Positions 25,941 to 38,103 of a DNA stretch of 64,000 nt are shown piece after piece. The notes under the pieces are model-generated. The model was not told the DNA's origin and made no database searches. It was given only the letters and a program-made list of their open reading frames with translations. The stretch comes from Takakia lepidozioides. Taxonomy: Eukaryota > Plantae > Bryophyta. Numbering within the stretch: position 1 is the first letter of the stretch; the number at the start of each line of letters is the position of its first letter. The translations under genes and the position numbers were made by a program. Location of the stretch: the NCBI GenBank assembly GCA_030704615.1, contig CM060731.1, forward strand, positions 75,826,001 through 75,890,000, read 5' to 3'.

Positions 25941-26340
25941 GAGCAACGCAGAGTGCGGAGTGCACTTCCCTCGCTGGTCTCTCTGCCTACCGAAACGGTA
26001 CAGGCAGTGAGTGGAGGCGAGCATGTGAGGACCACGGGGTGCAGGCATCCATGGCACACGTAGGATGTTCGAGGTTCAGAGGGAGTTGGCAGCCAAGGTG
26101 GTGGTGATGGATGAGGCTGGGGATTTTTCTCAGGTTGAGGAAGTCCTCAAGGATGAGATGATGGGGCAAGATGAGGCCTTGTCATTGACTAAGCAGATAT
26201 GGAGTACTGCTCAAGAGATTGCAACATAGCAACCACTAGATGCGTCCTCTACCTCTAAGCCCACTGGACTTAAGGTTGTAGTTACGGAGGACAATTGGGA
26301 GCCTGACATTGGACCCATTGTCACCAGAGGAGAGAGACGA

Positions 26341-26540
26341 CATATACGGCGGTTCCTTAGGGCTTACAGGAATTGTTTTGCCTTCGGTTTGAAGGACTTT
26401 GGGAGCACTGAAGGGTCAAGAGATCCGTATTGAGTTGGCCACTGACACACCAATCTTTCGGAGACCCTATAGATACAGTGACATAGAGAGGTCTTTGATT
26501 CAGATGAGGACTCAAGATCTCTGGGAGGTCAGGTTGGACC
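26341..26540 (+). pseudogene. N-terminal stub of Gypsy reverse transcriptase; RT core and RNase H absent
   Basis: RFLRAYRNCFAFGLKD / GALKGQEIRIELATDTPIFRRPYRYSDIERSLIQ resembles the pre-RT 'P...RPYR.S..E' segment. No YxDD or RNase H motif is seen before the integrase. Confidence 0.7.
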
Positions 26541-26809
26541 TACAACAGGGATGACTGTAGACGGAGTGTCTGAGGACCATGAGGCTAGTGATGAGCCAGG
26601 TGGTACCAAAGATATACATGAGGATTCGGCTGTGTTGGACTACCTCCGTCCTGGAGACATGGCAGCCACTGTGACTGCCAAGGAGAGGGATCGGATCCTG
26701 CAACGAGCCAAGAGGTTCAAGTGGGAGGGGATACACCTGCTCCGAGTATGGGAGGATGGTCGGGTGAGGATTGTGCCTCACCCCACATAGCGTGCACGGT
26801 TAGTGCGCA

Positions 26810-28055
26810 TGCCCATGAGGAGTTGGGGCATTTTGGAGTGCGACGTACTCACAGTTTACTGCGGGGGCAGTATTGGTGGCGTGGTATGTATACAGAGGTG
26901 CAACAGCTCGTGGCTAGGTGTATGGTGTGTGACAGGGTGCGTGCTTAATTCAACGCCCCAACACCACAGTTGCATCTCTTACCAATCATGGGATTGGGCT
27001 ACAGGTGGAGTCTTGACTTCGTAGGACCGTTGTCACTGACTATGCGCCATCACAGATATGTGTTGGTGATGGTGGAGCACTTCTCGAAGTGGATTGAGTT
27101 GGTTCCATTGCCTGACAAGGCTAGTGAGGGGGCTGCGTATGCATTCTTGGATCGTGTGCTTAGCCGATTTGGTGCTCCAACTGAGGTACTCACGGACCAA
27201 GGGAGAGAGTTCTTGGGGGAGTTTCGGGCTTTGTGTGATAAAGCCTTGATAGACCACCGCACCACTTCTCGGGATCATCCTAAGGCCGATGGCTTGGCAG
27301 AGAGAGTTGTTCAGACGGTGAAGAGGGGTTTGCGCAAGTATGGCTTGCAGAAGGGACATCTAGGAGATTGGGATCTTCAGGTTCTTTGGTTAGCCATGGG
27401 CTACAGGTTCAACAAACAAGCATCACTTGCCTCCTTCTCACCATATTTCTTTCTCTTTGGCCGAAAGCCGGATTTGCCTGCAACCATTCATAGGGACACT
27501 GCTCAAGTCCTTAACCTTGACAATCCGGACGTGTGGGTATGTGCATGTGATCAGCGTGTAGAGTTATTCAAGAAAGTCATGCCCATGGCTTTTGAGAACC
27601 TTGCCATTGCACAACACCGTGATACGTTGAGGTATGTCACTATACGTGGTGAAGGATATCGTCCTGGGGTTTGGAGGTTTAGCCCTGGTGACTATGTTTA
27701 TTTGCAGCAGACTGCTCATACGACTCTGGATGTTAATGCAGGGCGTGTTATTCTGAGGGTTCGAGAGGTGTTGCCCTCAGGGGTCCTGATCTTGGAGGGT
27801 CGGGATGGCATGACTTGGAAGGACCATGTGCGTAATTGTGCGCCATGTCACCTTCCCAATGTCGATGGCAGAGTTGACCCAAACTTGACAGTGGTACCTA
27901 CAGGTTTGAGGTGCATGCTCTGTGGGTTTGCCAAAGGGGCAGCCACCATGCTGGTGTGTGATCGATGCTCAAGGGGTTGGCATATGGGATGTTTGACACC
28001 ACCTCTTGAGAAGGTTCATGACGGAGATTGGTTGTGTCCACACTGCTTGGGATAG
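26810..28055 (+). pseudogene. Integrase (HHCC + DDE) with C-terminal PHD finger
   Basis: HEELGH..YWWRGM..CMVC (HHCC). WSLDFVGPL, LTDQGREF and DGLAERVVQTVK (DDE). PHD C4HC3: CMLC..MLVCDRCSRGWHMGCLTPPL..GDWLCPHC (27912-28046). Confidence 0.93.
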
Positions 28056-28480
28056 TGGCAGTGGACATGACTGGAGGCAACTAACAAGACATGGGAGACC
28101 AAGCTCATATGAGTCAATACACGAGATCCCAAGCTCAAGTTCACAGGTTGCAAGATGGCGACTAATGATGGGGCAACTCTTGCACCCGGCCTCTTGATCT
28201 ATCGAGTTTGAGTGTAGTAGGGATAGTGGTGGAGGACTTAGTGAGGCTATGGTCACTATCACATCTTGTGGCTACCTGGACTTAGAGGAACCTAAGCACC
28301 AGTTAGGGGGGCGATTGTGTGGACTAGTGACTGCCATAGTGGGCAGCATAGTGGCAGCATAGTGGTTGGACTAGTGGCTGGATTAGTGGTGGACTAGTGG
28401 TATACTAGTGTGTGGTGTGCACATGTGTTGTGTGGTTTTGGACAGCGATGTAGTTGTGTAGCGATATATATGCGCACGAT

Positions 28481-31400
28481 ATGGCCCTATCTTCATGCTA
28501 ATTTCTCCAATTTGGGAGAGGTATGGTTTAGTGGATTTGTTAAAAGTAGGATGATGAAGATATTCTATCCTAAAGAGCCATAAAGTTTTCTAAGGGGTTG
28601 TGATCTGGCCCCCAGCAGGTCTGCACTTGTCGTTCAAGTTTCCGGACATTCAGCTACTCAGATGGGCCTATCTCCTTACCAATTGCTCCATTTATGATGT
28701 GATATGGCTTGGCAGATTTCTAATGGTGGCCTTCAGAGTTCTGAATGTTTTCAAGGGGTTGTGGTCTGGCCCCTAGCAGATCTGCAATTATTGTTCAAGT
28801 TTCCGGATTCCTGCATTGGGGATGTGAGTGTAATTTCAGCTTCAACCCACGTATCATCGGGGGATGACAGTCTGTTGGTATTGGAGAGAATGTGGGACAT
28901 TTTGCGTGTGAAGTAGGAGGAGGTTGGGTGGAAGTGTTTTTGAAATGCCACGATGTTATTGTGGGGAACGGGCGAGAGTGTTCTGGGTTGAGAGGGTGGA
29001 GTATGTACATCTGGGATAGGTTAGAAGGGAACTAGGGATGGGGGGAGGGAGACGAAGACTGTGTAGTGGTCAGAGTTGCATAAGCTGTTGATGTGAACAT
29101 GACTTAGGAGGTATGTTAGTGGTTTGGGGCTCACATCCTATTACGTCCTTTTCATATGTGGTACGGTATGAGCCCACCCCTGAAAGAGGGCAGTACCTGC
29201 AAAAGGAAGAGGCTCTTAGTTGTCTTACTAAGAGGCTCTTATTTACGCTAGCTCCGGCTGACGTTATATATATATATGGGACGGTATGTGAATTTCACTT
29301 TATTATAATGAGTACTATGTTAACTTTTTTTATGAAGTGGTAGTAGAAATCGATAACGGTAGGCCAAAATGAACTTTACATGACCAAATTTAAACTATAT
29401 AATGCATGTTTGGCCATATCCGGGTCATATGATATGTGTTTGATGCAATTTTTGGGGGGATAGCTTCAAGGCTTACAATGCTACCTACCTACACTTGGAT
29501 TTCATTTTTGGCCTTTTGCAAAAAATGTATAGATTTTTTCAAAATACATTAGATTATATACTAGATGTGATATAAAAGTTTGAATGAAATGTAAAAAACT
29601 GATTCAGAGTGGAACTAGGTAGTCCTTCGGTTGGATCCAATCATTGACGTGTGTTTAACCACTCACCAGCGACCACAGTCCGAGTGGTTCACATAACTGT
29701 AGTGGCTTTAACCACTCACTCCCCACCACTGTCACAGTGATACCAATCATTTAGGTGTCTTTAAGCACTCAAGATCTACGTACACTGTCCCCATCCACGT
29801 GGCATATTATATTTCTTAATTAAAAAATATTTCCAAATGACAAATCATATATAAATTGAATTAGTACACGTGGAGTAGCAACTGGTTTCAACCACTTCCC
29901 ATTACTGAGGTATCTTTAACCACTCACGATCTACCACTGTATCCGTCCACGTGGAATATTCGATTTACTAACAAAAATTTATTACCAAATGATAAATCCT
30001 AAATAAAAACTACAATATTACACATGGAGTACTTAGTGGTTGAAACCATTTCCAACCACTCCATGTGATGCCACCGTGGCATTCATCGGGATTAACCACT
30101 TGCCAGTGGTTACCATTACTGGTGAGTGGTTTATAGAGCACTCCACAGCCCTTGCCAAGCTCATGAAACCCTAAGGCTTACATTTCAAGCCACAAGACAC
30201 TCCTCTTGTGGTGCAAGAGCTCTTCTTCCAAGCTCTGAAACCCTAGGAGCACATTCCATGGCCTTGCCGCACCTTTTAGCTCCTGTTCCAGCCTTGCTCT
30301 TGCCATGACAAGAGCCCTCTCAATGCTGAAGCTCGAGATTAAAACCCAATCTCAACATACTCCACAAAGTGCACTGATTTGCCCCAAGCCAAATCAGCCC
30401 TTTCGCTTGGTCTTGCAATCCTTCACACAATGAAAGCTCGCATTCCCAAGGCTAGTCCTCAGCTTTGCCACCAAAGCCACTCTAACCTGCTCTTGACTGG
30501 TCATCTTTCCAATCGTGCTTGTTCATGCATCTACACAATCTGAAACCATCAAGGTGCTCTGGAATTACCTGCAGCATGGTGCTTTCATCTCTGAAGTTGA
30601 AGATCGAATGCCAAGGTCTACTACCTCGTAACCCACATCGCCTCCGCTTCTAACAACCAAGAGCTCCACGGTGCTCTTTGCAGAACAACCTGGTTTTTCT
30701 CATTCTCAATCAAAAACCACAAGTGCTACAACTAACTCGTATCTGGCACTTACAGATACGAGCTCATCTTTCTCGAGTGATAAAGAAGAAGAATACAAGC
30801 ACAAGCTCATGCGAGCTCACAAAGCTGAAGCATAAACTCATGCATATATAAACTCATCACTCAAATACAAGTCAAGCCAAGTGCACCCCACGCCATGGGG
30901 AATCCACACTACGGCGCCATAGCTAGGCGCGGTGAGGCTCAACTCGAGAAAGATGAGCCTCTCGCGCTTGCCGTGAAGATAACCACTCCAGGGCCTAAAT
31001 CTGCCTTGACCCCTGGATTGACACTTGGGCCAATCCTAAATGTCAATATATAAAAACTAGCTATTTCCTAGCTAGTTTCACACTAGTGGTAAAATAACTT
31101 GACAACCATCTAAGCACAACTATGTCGTACGTGGAACTTGAACAATAAATGCAGATCTGTTGGGGGACCACAATCCTTGATAAAATTTATGGCTCTACAG
31201 GCTAGCATATCTTCATCAACCTACTTTTTACAAATACATCAAGCCATACCTCTCCCAAATTGGAGAAATTGGCATGAAGATAGGGTTATCTGAGCACAAC
31301 TATGTCGTACGTGGAACTTGAACAAAAAAATGCAGATCTGTTGGGGGCCATACCACAATCCCTTGATAAATTTATGGCTCTATAGGCTAGCATATCTTCA

Positions 31401-31483
31401 TGACCCTACTTGTTACAAATACACCAAGCCATAGCCCACCCAAATTGGAGAAATTGGCATGAAGATAGGGCCATCTGAGCACA
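28481..31483. repeat. ~180-bp monomer: two tandem copies at 28481-28810 and two inverted tandem copies at 31107-31483
   Basis: GCCCTATCTTCATGCTAATTTCTCCAATTTGGGAGAGGTATGG (28484) is nearly the reverse complement of CCATACCTCTCCCAAATTGGAGAAATTGGCATGAAGATAGGG (31244). The GCAGATCTGCA..TGTTCAAGTT segment is also shared. Confidence 0.8.
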
Positions 31484-32374
31484 ACAGAAATGAATGCGAC
31501 ATAGGATATGCACAACATGGCCGTGGGATGGAGGCTTTGAAGACCTGTGAGCAAATGCATGTGCAACAGAAGGGGGTGAAACCACATAGCACTCCAAAAC
31601 ACCACGTGATCTCGTTTGCCCATTTGCATCCACAGGGCTCCCACATTTGGCATGCCTCCCCAGAAAACAACTTCTTGGCAATGGTGCCCCTACCACTATA
31701 CTAGTGATATATATAAGACTGTGACAATAGGCAAATACACACAATTGCTTCCATTGTCAATCCACTAGTGGTAGAATTAATCACTTATTGTAATAGTGGT
31801 TTGTATTCCTCCAGTTGTATTCTTAATCACTCAAATTTCACTCTGTCAGTAATAATCCCAACACATAGTCCGTACTCAGTGGGACACAATGGATGACTAA
31901 GAGAGTGGTTTTAGTACACAACCTGACCACTGGAATACCAAAAATGTGACATGTGTCCTTGGTTGATAAGGCCACATGTCTACAAACTGTCCAATCCCAT
32001 CGACGATCTTTCTGTGTGCACGTGTCCATGCGAAAAGGGACATGTGTCATGATATTGCTCAATATCATCGACGGATTCGCTGCGTCCACGTCACAGCCGC
32101 TGGCAGTGGTTGGAATCACTATGTTGTTCAGTGGTTAGTTTACCACTATGACATGTCAGAGGTGTCTAGTTTACCACCGGTGACAGGTCAGCATACAGGT
32201 GGACCTGGAGGCCAGTGGCCGTACCCACTCTCTTGAACCACTGGTGACACGTTATATTTTTAACCACTGGGACACAAAATCCACTCGTTCTGGTAGGCTC
32301 CGAGTGGTTAAATGTTCTTTCCCACTCAAAACCAGTGGTTCACATAGTGGTTATTCCGCGTTTTCCTTCTAGTA
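29620..32374. mobile_element. Probable CACTA-like non-autonomous DNA transposon remnant (right end)
   Basis: Dense AACCACT/AGTGGTT subterminal motifs at 29655-30130 and 31760-32355. Ends TTTTCCTTCTAGTA (32374), one base from a ...TAGTG CACTA terminus, where LINE-like sequence resumes. No convincing left TIR. Confidence 0.45.
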
Positions 32375-35300
32375 GCATGCACCCTCCAGCGATGATGTTG
32401 CTCCTGTTACTATCGGGGAGCGCCTCTATGTTCCTCAAGACGTGGTGGGATCCTCTAAGTAGAAAGAGGATGGACGTTACGCCGCCGCTCCTTCCAGCAT
32501 CCAAAAGGCTTCGTTCGGATTTTCAAGCTTCTCCCTCGGCGATCAGCCCGCACATCTTTCTCTTATCTTTCCCTTCCCACGGGACCCAATTCAAAGCAGC
32601 TTCCTGCTCTTTTCCCGATGGCCTTCCACAAAGGGACTCCTGGAGCCTGGCCTCTTTTTGTCTGCAGCTCAAGTCCTTCGTAGATGTCGTGCTTCCGGAC
32701 GCCTCTCACCTAGCAGGATCTCACTCGGTGGCGATCTCTATTTCTCCCATCATTTTCGGCTTCCCAGAGGGCACGCCCTCGATTCTCCTGTCTGGTAGCA
32801 ATAAGTTTCCCTTGGCATGGATCACGAAGAAGGATGTCCTTGCCCTATCTCCCGGAAAGGAGCTCAATGAGCTTATTCTCTGCAAAATCAGGGAGATCTT
32901 CGCCTCCTCTCTTCCTCTCTTTGATTTGTCCTCAGATACTGCAGTCTTCTTTGGTTTGAGAATCTACAAGTCTACCCAACAAAAAGCTCTTTTTTGTTCA
33001 AGTTCTCCCTCTCTTGCGTCTTTCTGATGTCTCTTCCTTGCAGGTTGGAGACTCTTCACTTAAGTGGCTCTCGTGTGATTCTATCCCTGCGGCGTTGGGA
33101 AGCATGGCAACTCGCCCATTCTGGCTGCAACATTTAAGGCTGGAAAGATGTTGCTGAGGCGCTAAGGTCTTCTCAAAAGTATTCTCGGAACATAGACAGG
33201 CCTTCGGCCTCCGACGCCCTCACCATTATACCTGTTCCAGACGGGGACAGAGCATCATTCTGTTTGGCCCCTATGGACTTGGCCATCCCTCCCCCCCCCA
33301 GTGGTGAGCTCTTGCTCACTCTTGTACCAAATCCCGCTTTTTATTTTCTTTGAGGGTAGCGATCCCAACTCTGGCTGGGTCCTGTCTCCTGATCCGGGCA
33401 TTGGATCTGTTTCTCTGCCTGCTTTGAAGTTCGCTCGTTTGTTCCAAATCTGAGGCTTTGATGTTTATTTCCAAGTTTTTGGATGTTCCTTTTCAATTTA
33501 TGTCTGCCAACTCAAGAATCAGAGAAATTGATCGTCCCACTCAGGGTGATCGTCCCTCTGAGGGGGACCCTAACTCTCATTCTGAGAGTGTCTCTGTTTG
33601 GTTTGTGGGCTCCTTGAAAGTTACGGCTCCTCCTGGATTCAAATGGATGCCTACACTGCTTCCTGTAGACCCCCGACTGATGTTCGAAGTCACTCCCTTA
33701 CAGCCATGAAACCGTGATCACCTCACGGGCTTCACGCTCCTCCCTCCATGAGCTGGAATATGCATTCTTGGAATAGTAGGGGTATCGGTTCCGAGGCATC
33801 CGTGCCCAAAAAAAGTAGGATTCGAAGTTGGGCCTCTTCCTTGCTGACCCCCAATAATATTATTTTCCTGCAAGAACATAAGCTTGATGTTAGGAAAATG
33901 GCCTCACTACGGCACTCCATCTGGCCTAGTTCTTCTTCATGGTGGAATCCTACTATCATAGATTCTAGAGGTGGCACTGCCATCCTTATTTCCTTCCATA
34001 GCTTCCTCTTTCCTTAGAGCGGACTCCTGGATTTCCGGGGAGAGCTCGGTGTGCCTTCACTGAGCCCTCCTCTACATTCGGCTCCTGCTTTCATTAATCT
34101 AATTCTGGACCTCAATTCACTCTAACATTCTCAATAATCCGTAGGTCAGTAACTGGATCTTGGTTGGAGATTTTAATATGGTGGATTATTTAGCTGATGG
34201 ATGGGTTCGTCTTCCCTTCCCCTTTCCGTGGAGGAACAGGCAGCCTAGGACAAACTCTGTTTCTCTGTAGGGCTCTCGGATTCCATTCAGTTCGATCGTA
34301 CATCCCTCAGATTTACTTGGTCCAATAATAGAAATCCCCTGGATCTTTGCATGGCTAGGTTGGACAGATTTGATTTACTCCCCTAATGCTGCAACCTGGG
34401 CCTCCCCGACTCCTCTCCCTCCCATACTTCCAGATTTTGATCACGCGCTGGTTTCCCATGAGCTCAAGCCTCCAGGGCTTCACTGCAAGAGGCAGAAGCT
34501 TTTGTAAGTTAAATCCACAACTTCTCCAATCTCCCCTCACGGTGCAAAACTTGGCTAGGGTTTGGAAGGAGTCGGGTAACTCTTTTGTTTCTCCCACCAC
34601 CAGATTTTTGCATAAGCTCGCTGCTGCTAGAAAACTGGCTCAAAGTCTTTCTAGATCGTTGGCTTGACAACTCTAGGAAGGAAAATGACTTGCTTAAGTG
34701 CATCTCTCACTGTCAATGGCTGAACCAGTCACCTTACGTTCTTTTCATATTGCCAAGAGAAATCTGGCAGAGCTCTGATGTGCCGAAGAGGTCAATATGA
34801 AAAGGAAGGCGGGGGTCAATTGGTCCCTCCAAGGCGAAAAGATGACCGCTTATTTTTTTCAAAAATCCAAACAGAGATAGGCAGCAACTTCCATCTGCTC
34901 ACTTCGTGACCAGATGGACATTCCCCAAAAAAGCCCAAAAGTCATGGCCTCTGTTGCGGCTTCTTATTTCACATATCTCTTTTCCCGTCCGTCCTCTTCA
35001 GAAGCTATTTCCGCTCATAAAATTGCTATACTAGAAGCTGTTCCTAGGATCCTTTCAAATGACGATCTGCTAATCCTAGATGCTCCCTTCTCTGCTTCCG
35101 AACTCCTGGAGGCTACATAGGCTCTGGCCTCTCTCAAATCCCCAGGGTAGATGCAGACTATACTGGCTCAGTTTGGACTGCAATTTGCAGTTTTCAACTA
35201 ACTGCTTGTCATATTATTCTTCACCCTATACACATAAGTATACATTCATAGCAAATGGACTTAGAATGGGTAAGTGGCATCCTTCTCTCCATTGAGGCCT

Positions 35301-38103
35301 TGCATCAGGCCTACGAGGTGGAACAACCCTTGGCTTTGCTAATGCTTGATTTCGAAAAAGCATTTGATAACGTCGACTGGTCCTTTCTTCTGGGTGCTTT
35401 GCAGAAACTGGGGTTCTCTGGTAACTTCCTCTTTTGGATTAAGATTTTTTTTTTTAGCCTCTAGCAAGGTCTTGGTTAATGGGGCCCTTTCCTCCTCCTT
35501 CCCCTTGCATTGCTCGGTTCGACAGGGCTATCCCTTAGCTCCTTTTCTTTTCCTTTTTGCGGCTGACATCCTTGTTCATTTGTTAGACTCTAACTCATCC
35601 ATTCAAGGGCTGTGAATTCCTCACTCATTGCCCTCGTCTCGTAGCTGCATCAATGCCTCCTTATATGCTGACGATTATACTGTCCTGGTGATTGATATCT
35701 CCTCTGCTAGCAATGTTCAGGCGTCCCTGCAGGCTCTCAATATGTTTTGCGCAGCTTCTGGGCTAAAGGTCAACTGGTCGAAATCAGTTGGTATTCTCTC
35801 CAAGGTTAAGCCAGACGCTGCCATCGCACACACTGCTTCTTGGGGCCACGATTTGGGGCTTCGCTGGCTTCAGGATGGTCAGGCTCACAACTTGCTCGGT
35901 CATTTGGTGGGGTATGGGCTCTCTGACATCCAACGCTGCGAAGCTGTTATTCAAAAGCTCAAACGCAAGTTGATTTACTGGAGCTCGCTTTTCCTTTCTA
36001 TTGTGGATAGAGCCCTCGAAGCAAATCAGGTGTTGTTTTCTTCGACTTGGTTTAATGCTGTGGTGTGGTCCCCAGGCTCCACCATAGTTAAGCAGATCAA
36101 GGCATTAATCAGAAACTTCATTTGGAGCGCCTCTGCCTCCAATCAAACACGAAGGGCTCTAGTAAGATGGGCCCAGATCACTCAAAAGAAAAAGTTTGGA
36201 GGACTTGGCATTATGGACCCCTTCGCGCAGATCGTGGCCCTTCTCGCAAAATGGGTCCCCAGGATGCTTCTGAATCTCTATTCCCCTTGGAGTCGGCTCA
36301 TCTGTGGACATGTCTTGGATGCATGCCCGTCGTCTGGCAATTGGCCGCAGTCTTTTAAGATGGATAGTGCAGGGGTCTCAGTCCTCAAGAGCTAGTAAGC
36401 CCTTGGGTTCACTGGCCTAACAGTCCATTTGGGCTGCCTGGACCCGTATTCGCCCATTGCTATTCCAATCGTCCCCTAATACGGTGGAAGAATCTTTTGA
36501 CAGCCTCTTTTTGGTAACTATAACTCTGACTCCACCACCCTGCTGTCTTGCTCCGCAAGGTGGGCTCACTGGGAACGTGCAGGGATTTCGCACTTTTGTC
36601 ATATCTGGAATTCTGGTTCGTTTCTTCCTCAGAATGTTGCTACGGAGTCCCTGTCTGCTAGGAGAGTTGCTGCTTGGCACCTGTTGGTTAGCAAGATCAC
36701 GGTTCATTGGACTAACATTGGTGCCTTCCCTTCTGATCTTCGTTCTCTTCCTGTGTGGCTGGGAAAGGGTCAGTTAGGTTCAATTCTTAGTGCTTTCTAC
36801 GGTGAATCCCATAACTCCCAAGGGCTGTCTGGCTGGTCCTTCAAGGTAGCCTCTGACAGAACACTTTACGTCCCTCGATTATCCACAATTGATGAATCGG
36901 GCCTTTACGCGATCAGAGTCTTCTGTCAGTCGGGTAAATGTAATCCAGTTCCCCCGGTTAACATGGCGCATTACGTCAATTTTTTCATTTGGTTTCTCTC
37001 GGTTCCCCTGTCGCATCTTCATTTTGATCTGCAGAATGGAACTAGATGTCCACTGATCATGACCCATTCTTTGCCTATACGGTGAAGCTTGGATATTCAT
37101 TACTCAAACCCCTTGTGACATTCTCTACGAAATGGAACTCTAATGGCGTCACTTGTCTTCCTTGCCTGCTAACTGGCAACCAATTTGGAAGGAGGTATGG
37201 AGGAAAGATTGAGCAGCAAAAGTCAGTGGGTTCCTTCGGAAAATCGTCAACCGTATTCTTCCTGTATTCTCATTCATTTCGGACCCTCCTTCTCTCTGCA
37301 CCTTGTGTTCCTCGGGTTGTACTGAGTCTATAGAGCATTGCTTGCTTGAGTGCTCCTTGAGTTCCTTTGTTTGGAGGGCTGTCAGCAGATTCCATGTCAC
37401 CTGGTGTGCGGATTTCTCTTTCCTCAATTCTGTGCTTCTTCGTAACATGGACAAGGGGGCAATCTGGAGCACTTGTCCGGTATGGGCAGCTCTTAGAGCG
37501 CATACCCTCTGGAACATATGGAAGTGCAAGTGTTCTTTTGTTTATTTGGGGGTGCAACCATGTGCCAATCTGGTGTTGCATAGAGTTCACTCAGACTTAA
37601 TGTCTAAATTAGCAAGGAAGGCCCGACGTGTTTTATGTGCAGCTGTTGCTAGATGTGCAATGAGAAGGAGAGTGCAGCTATTTGCTGACTTTGATAACTC
37701 CTGGGGAAAAAGCAGAGACTGTGCACAAGAGCCTCTAAATCAAAGATTATTTGGAATGGCAGCTTCCCGACATGTTGGCAGTTCCATCAGTGAGCGTAAA
37801 TCTACTGAGTTTGAAGAATCAGATCTCAACTGACGCCACAAGTGCCTTCGGAAAGGCAAATCGAAAGCCCATCTTTCCTTTGACTGCTCTAGGCGCTACT
37901 CTAGTTTCTAGCATCCCCAACTTCTCACCTACTCATCCATAGCTCCTGCAGTGTTTCTTGGTTTTTGGTCAGGGGGCAGTGTCCCCTTTCTCATCCTCAT
38001 GGTGTTGTTTCGTCGAAGTTTTTTTTTCCTCGGTTTTTTATTAATAAAATAATTCAGGGCCTTTGTCGCCTGTTGCCTTAAAAATAAAAATAAAAAAATA
38101 AAA
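32375..38103 (+). mobile_element. L1-clade LINE 3' part: probable ORF1 tail, degenerate ORF2 (APE endonuclease, RT, CCHC) and A-rich tail
   Basis: EN: SWNSRGIG..IIFLQEHKL (33748) and WILVGDFN (~34155). RT: LLMLDFEKAFDNVDW (35255 frame), SVRQGYPLAPFLF, LYADD (~35660), SGLKVNWSKS, GGLGI..LLAKW. Zinc finger ESIEHCLLEC. Tail AAAAATAAAAATAAAAAAATAAAA at ~38080-38103. Many stops and frameshifts. Confidence 0.9.

Larger units (their letters stand above)
22036..28315 (+). mobile_element. Decayed Ty3/Gypsy LTR retrotransposon internal region: Gag-PR-DNMT3-like MTase-(partial RT)-IN-PHD
   Basis: RT remnant lies before IN, i.e. Gypsy order. Polypurine tract AGGGGGG(CGAT) at 28305-28315 is followed by TG. 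Component domains are listed separately. No matching LTR pair was found. Confidence 0.9.

Noticed and set aside
31081-31094. CACTAGTGGTAAAA as the left TIR of the CACTA-like element
   Set aside because: Only about 10/14 match to the right end, and the flanking 3-mers (TCA vs GCA) differ.
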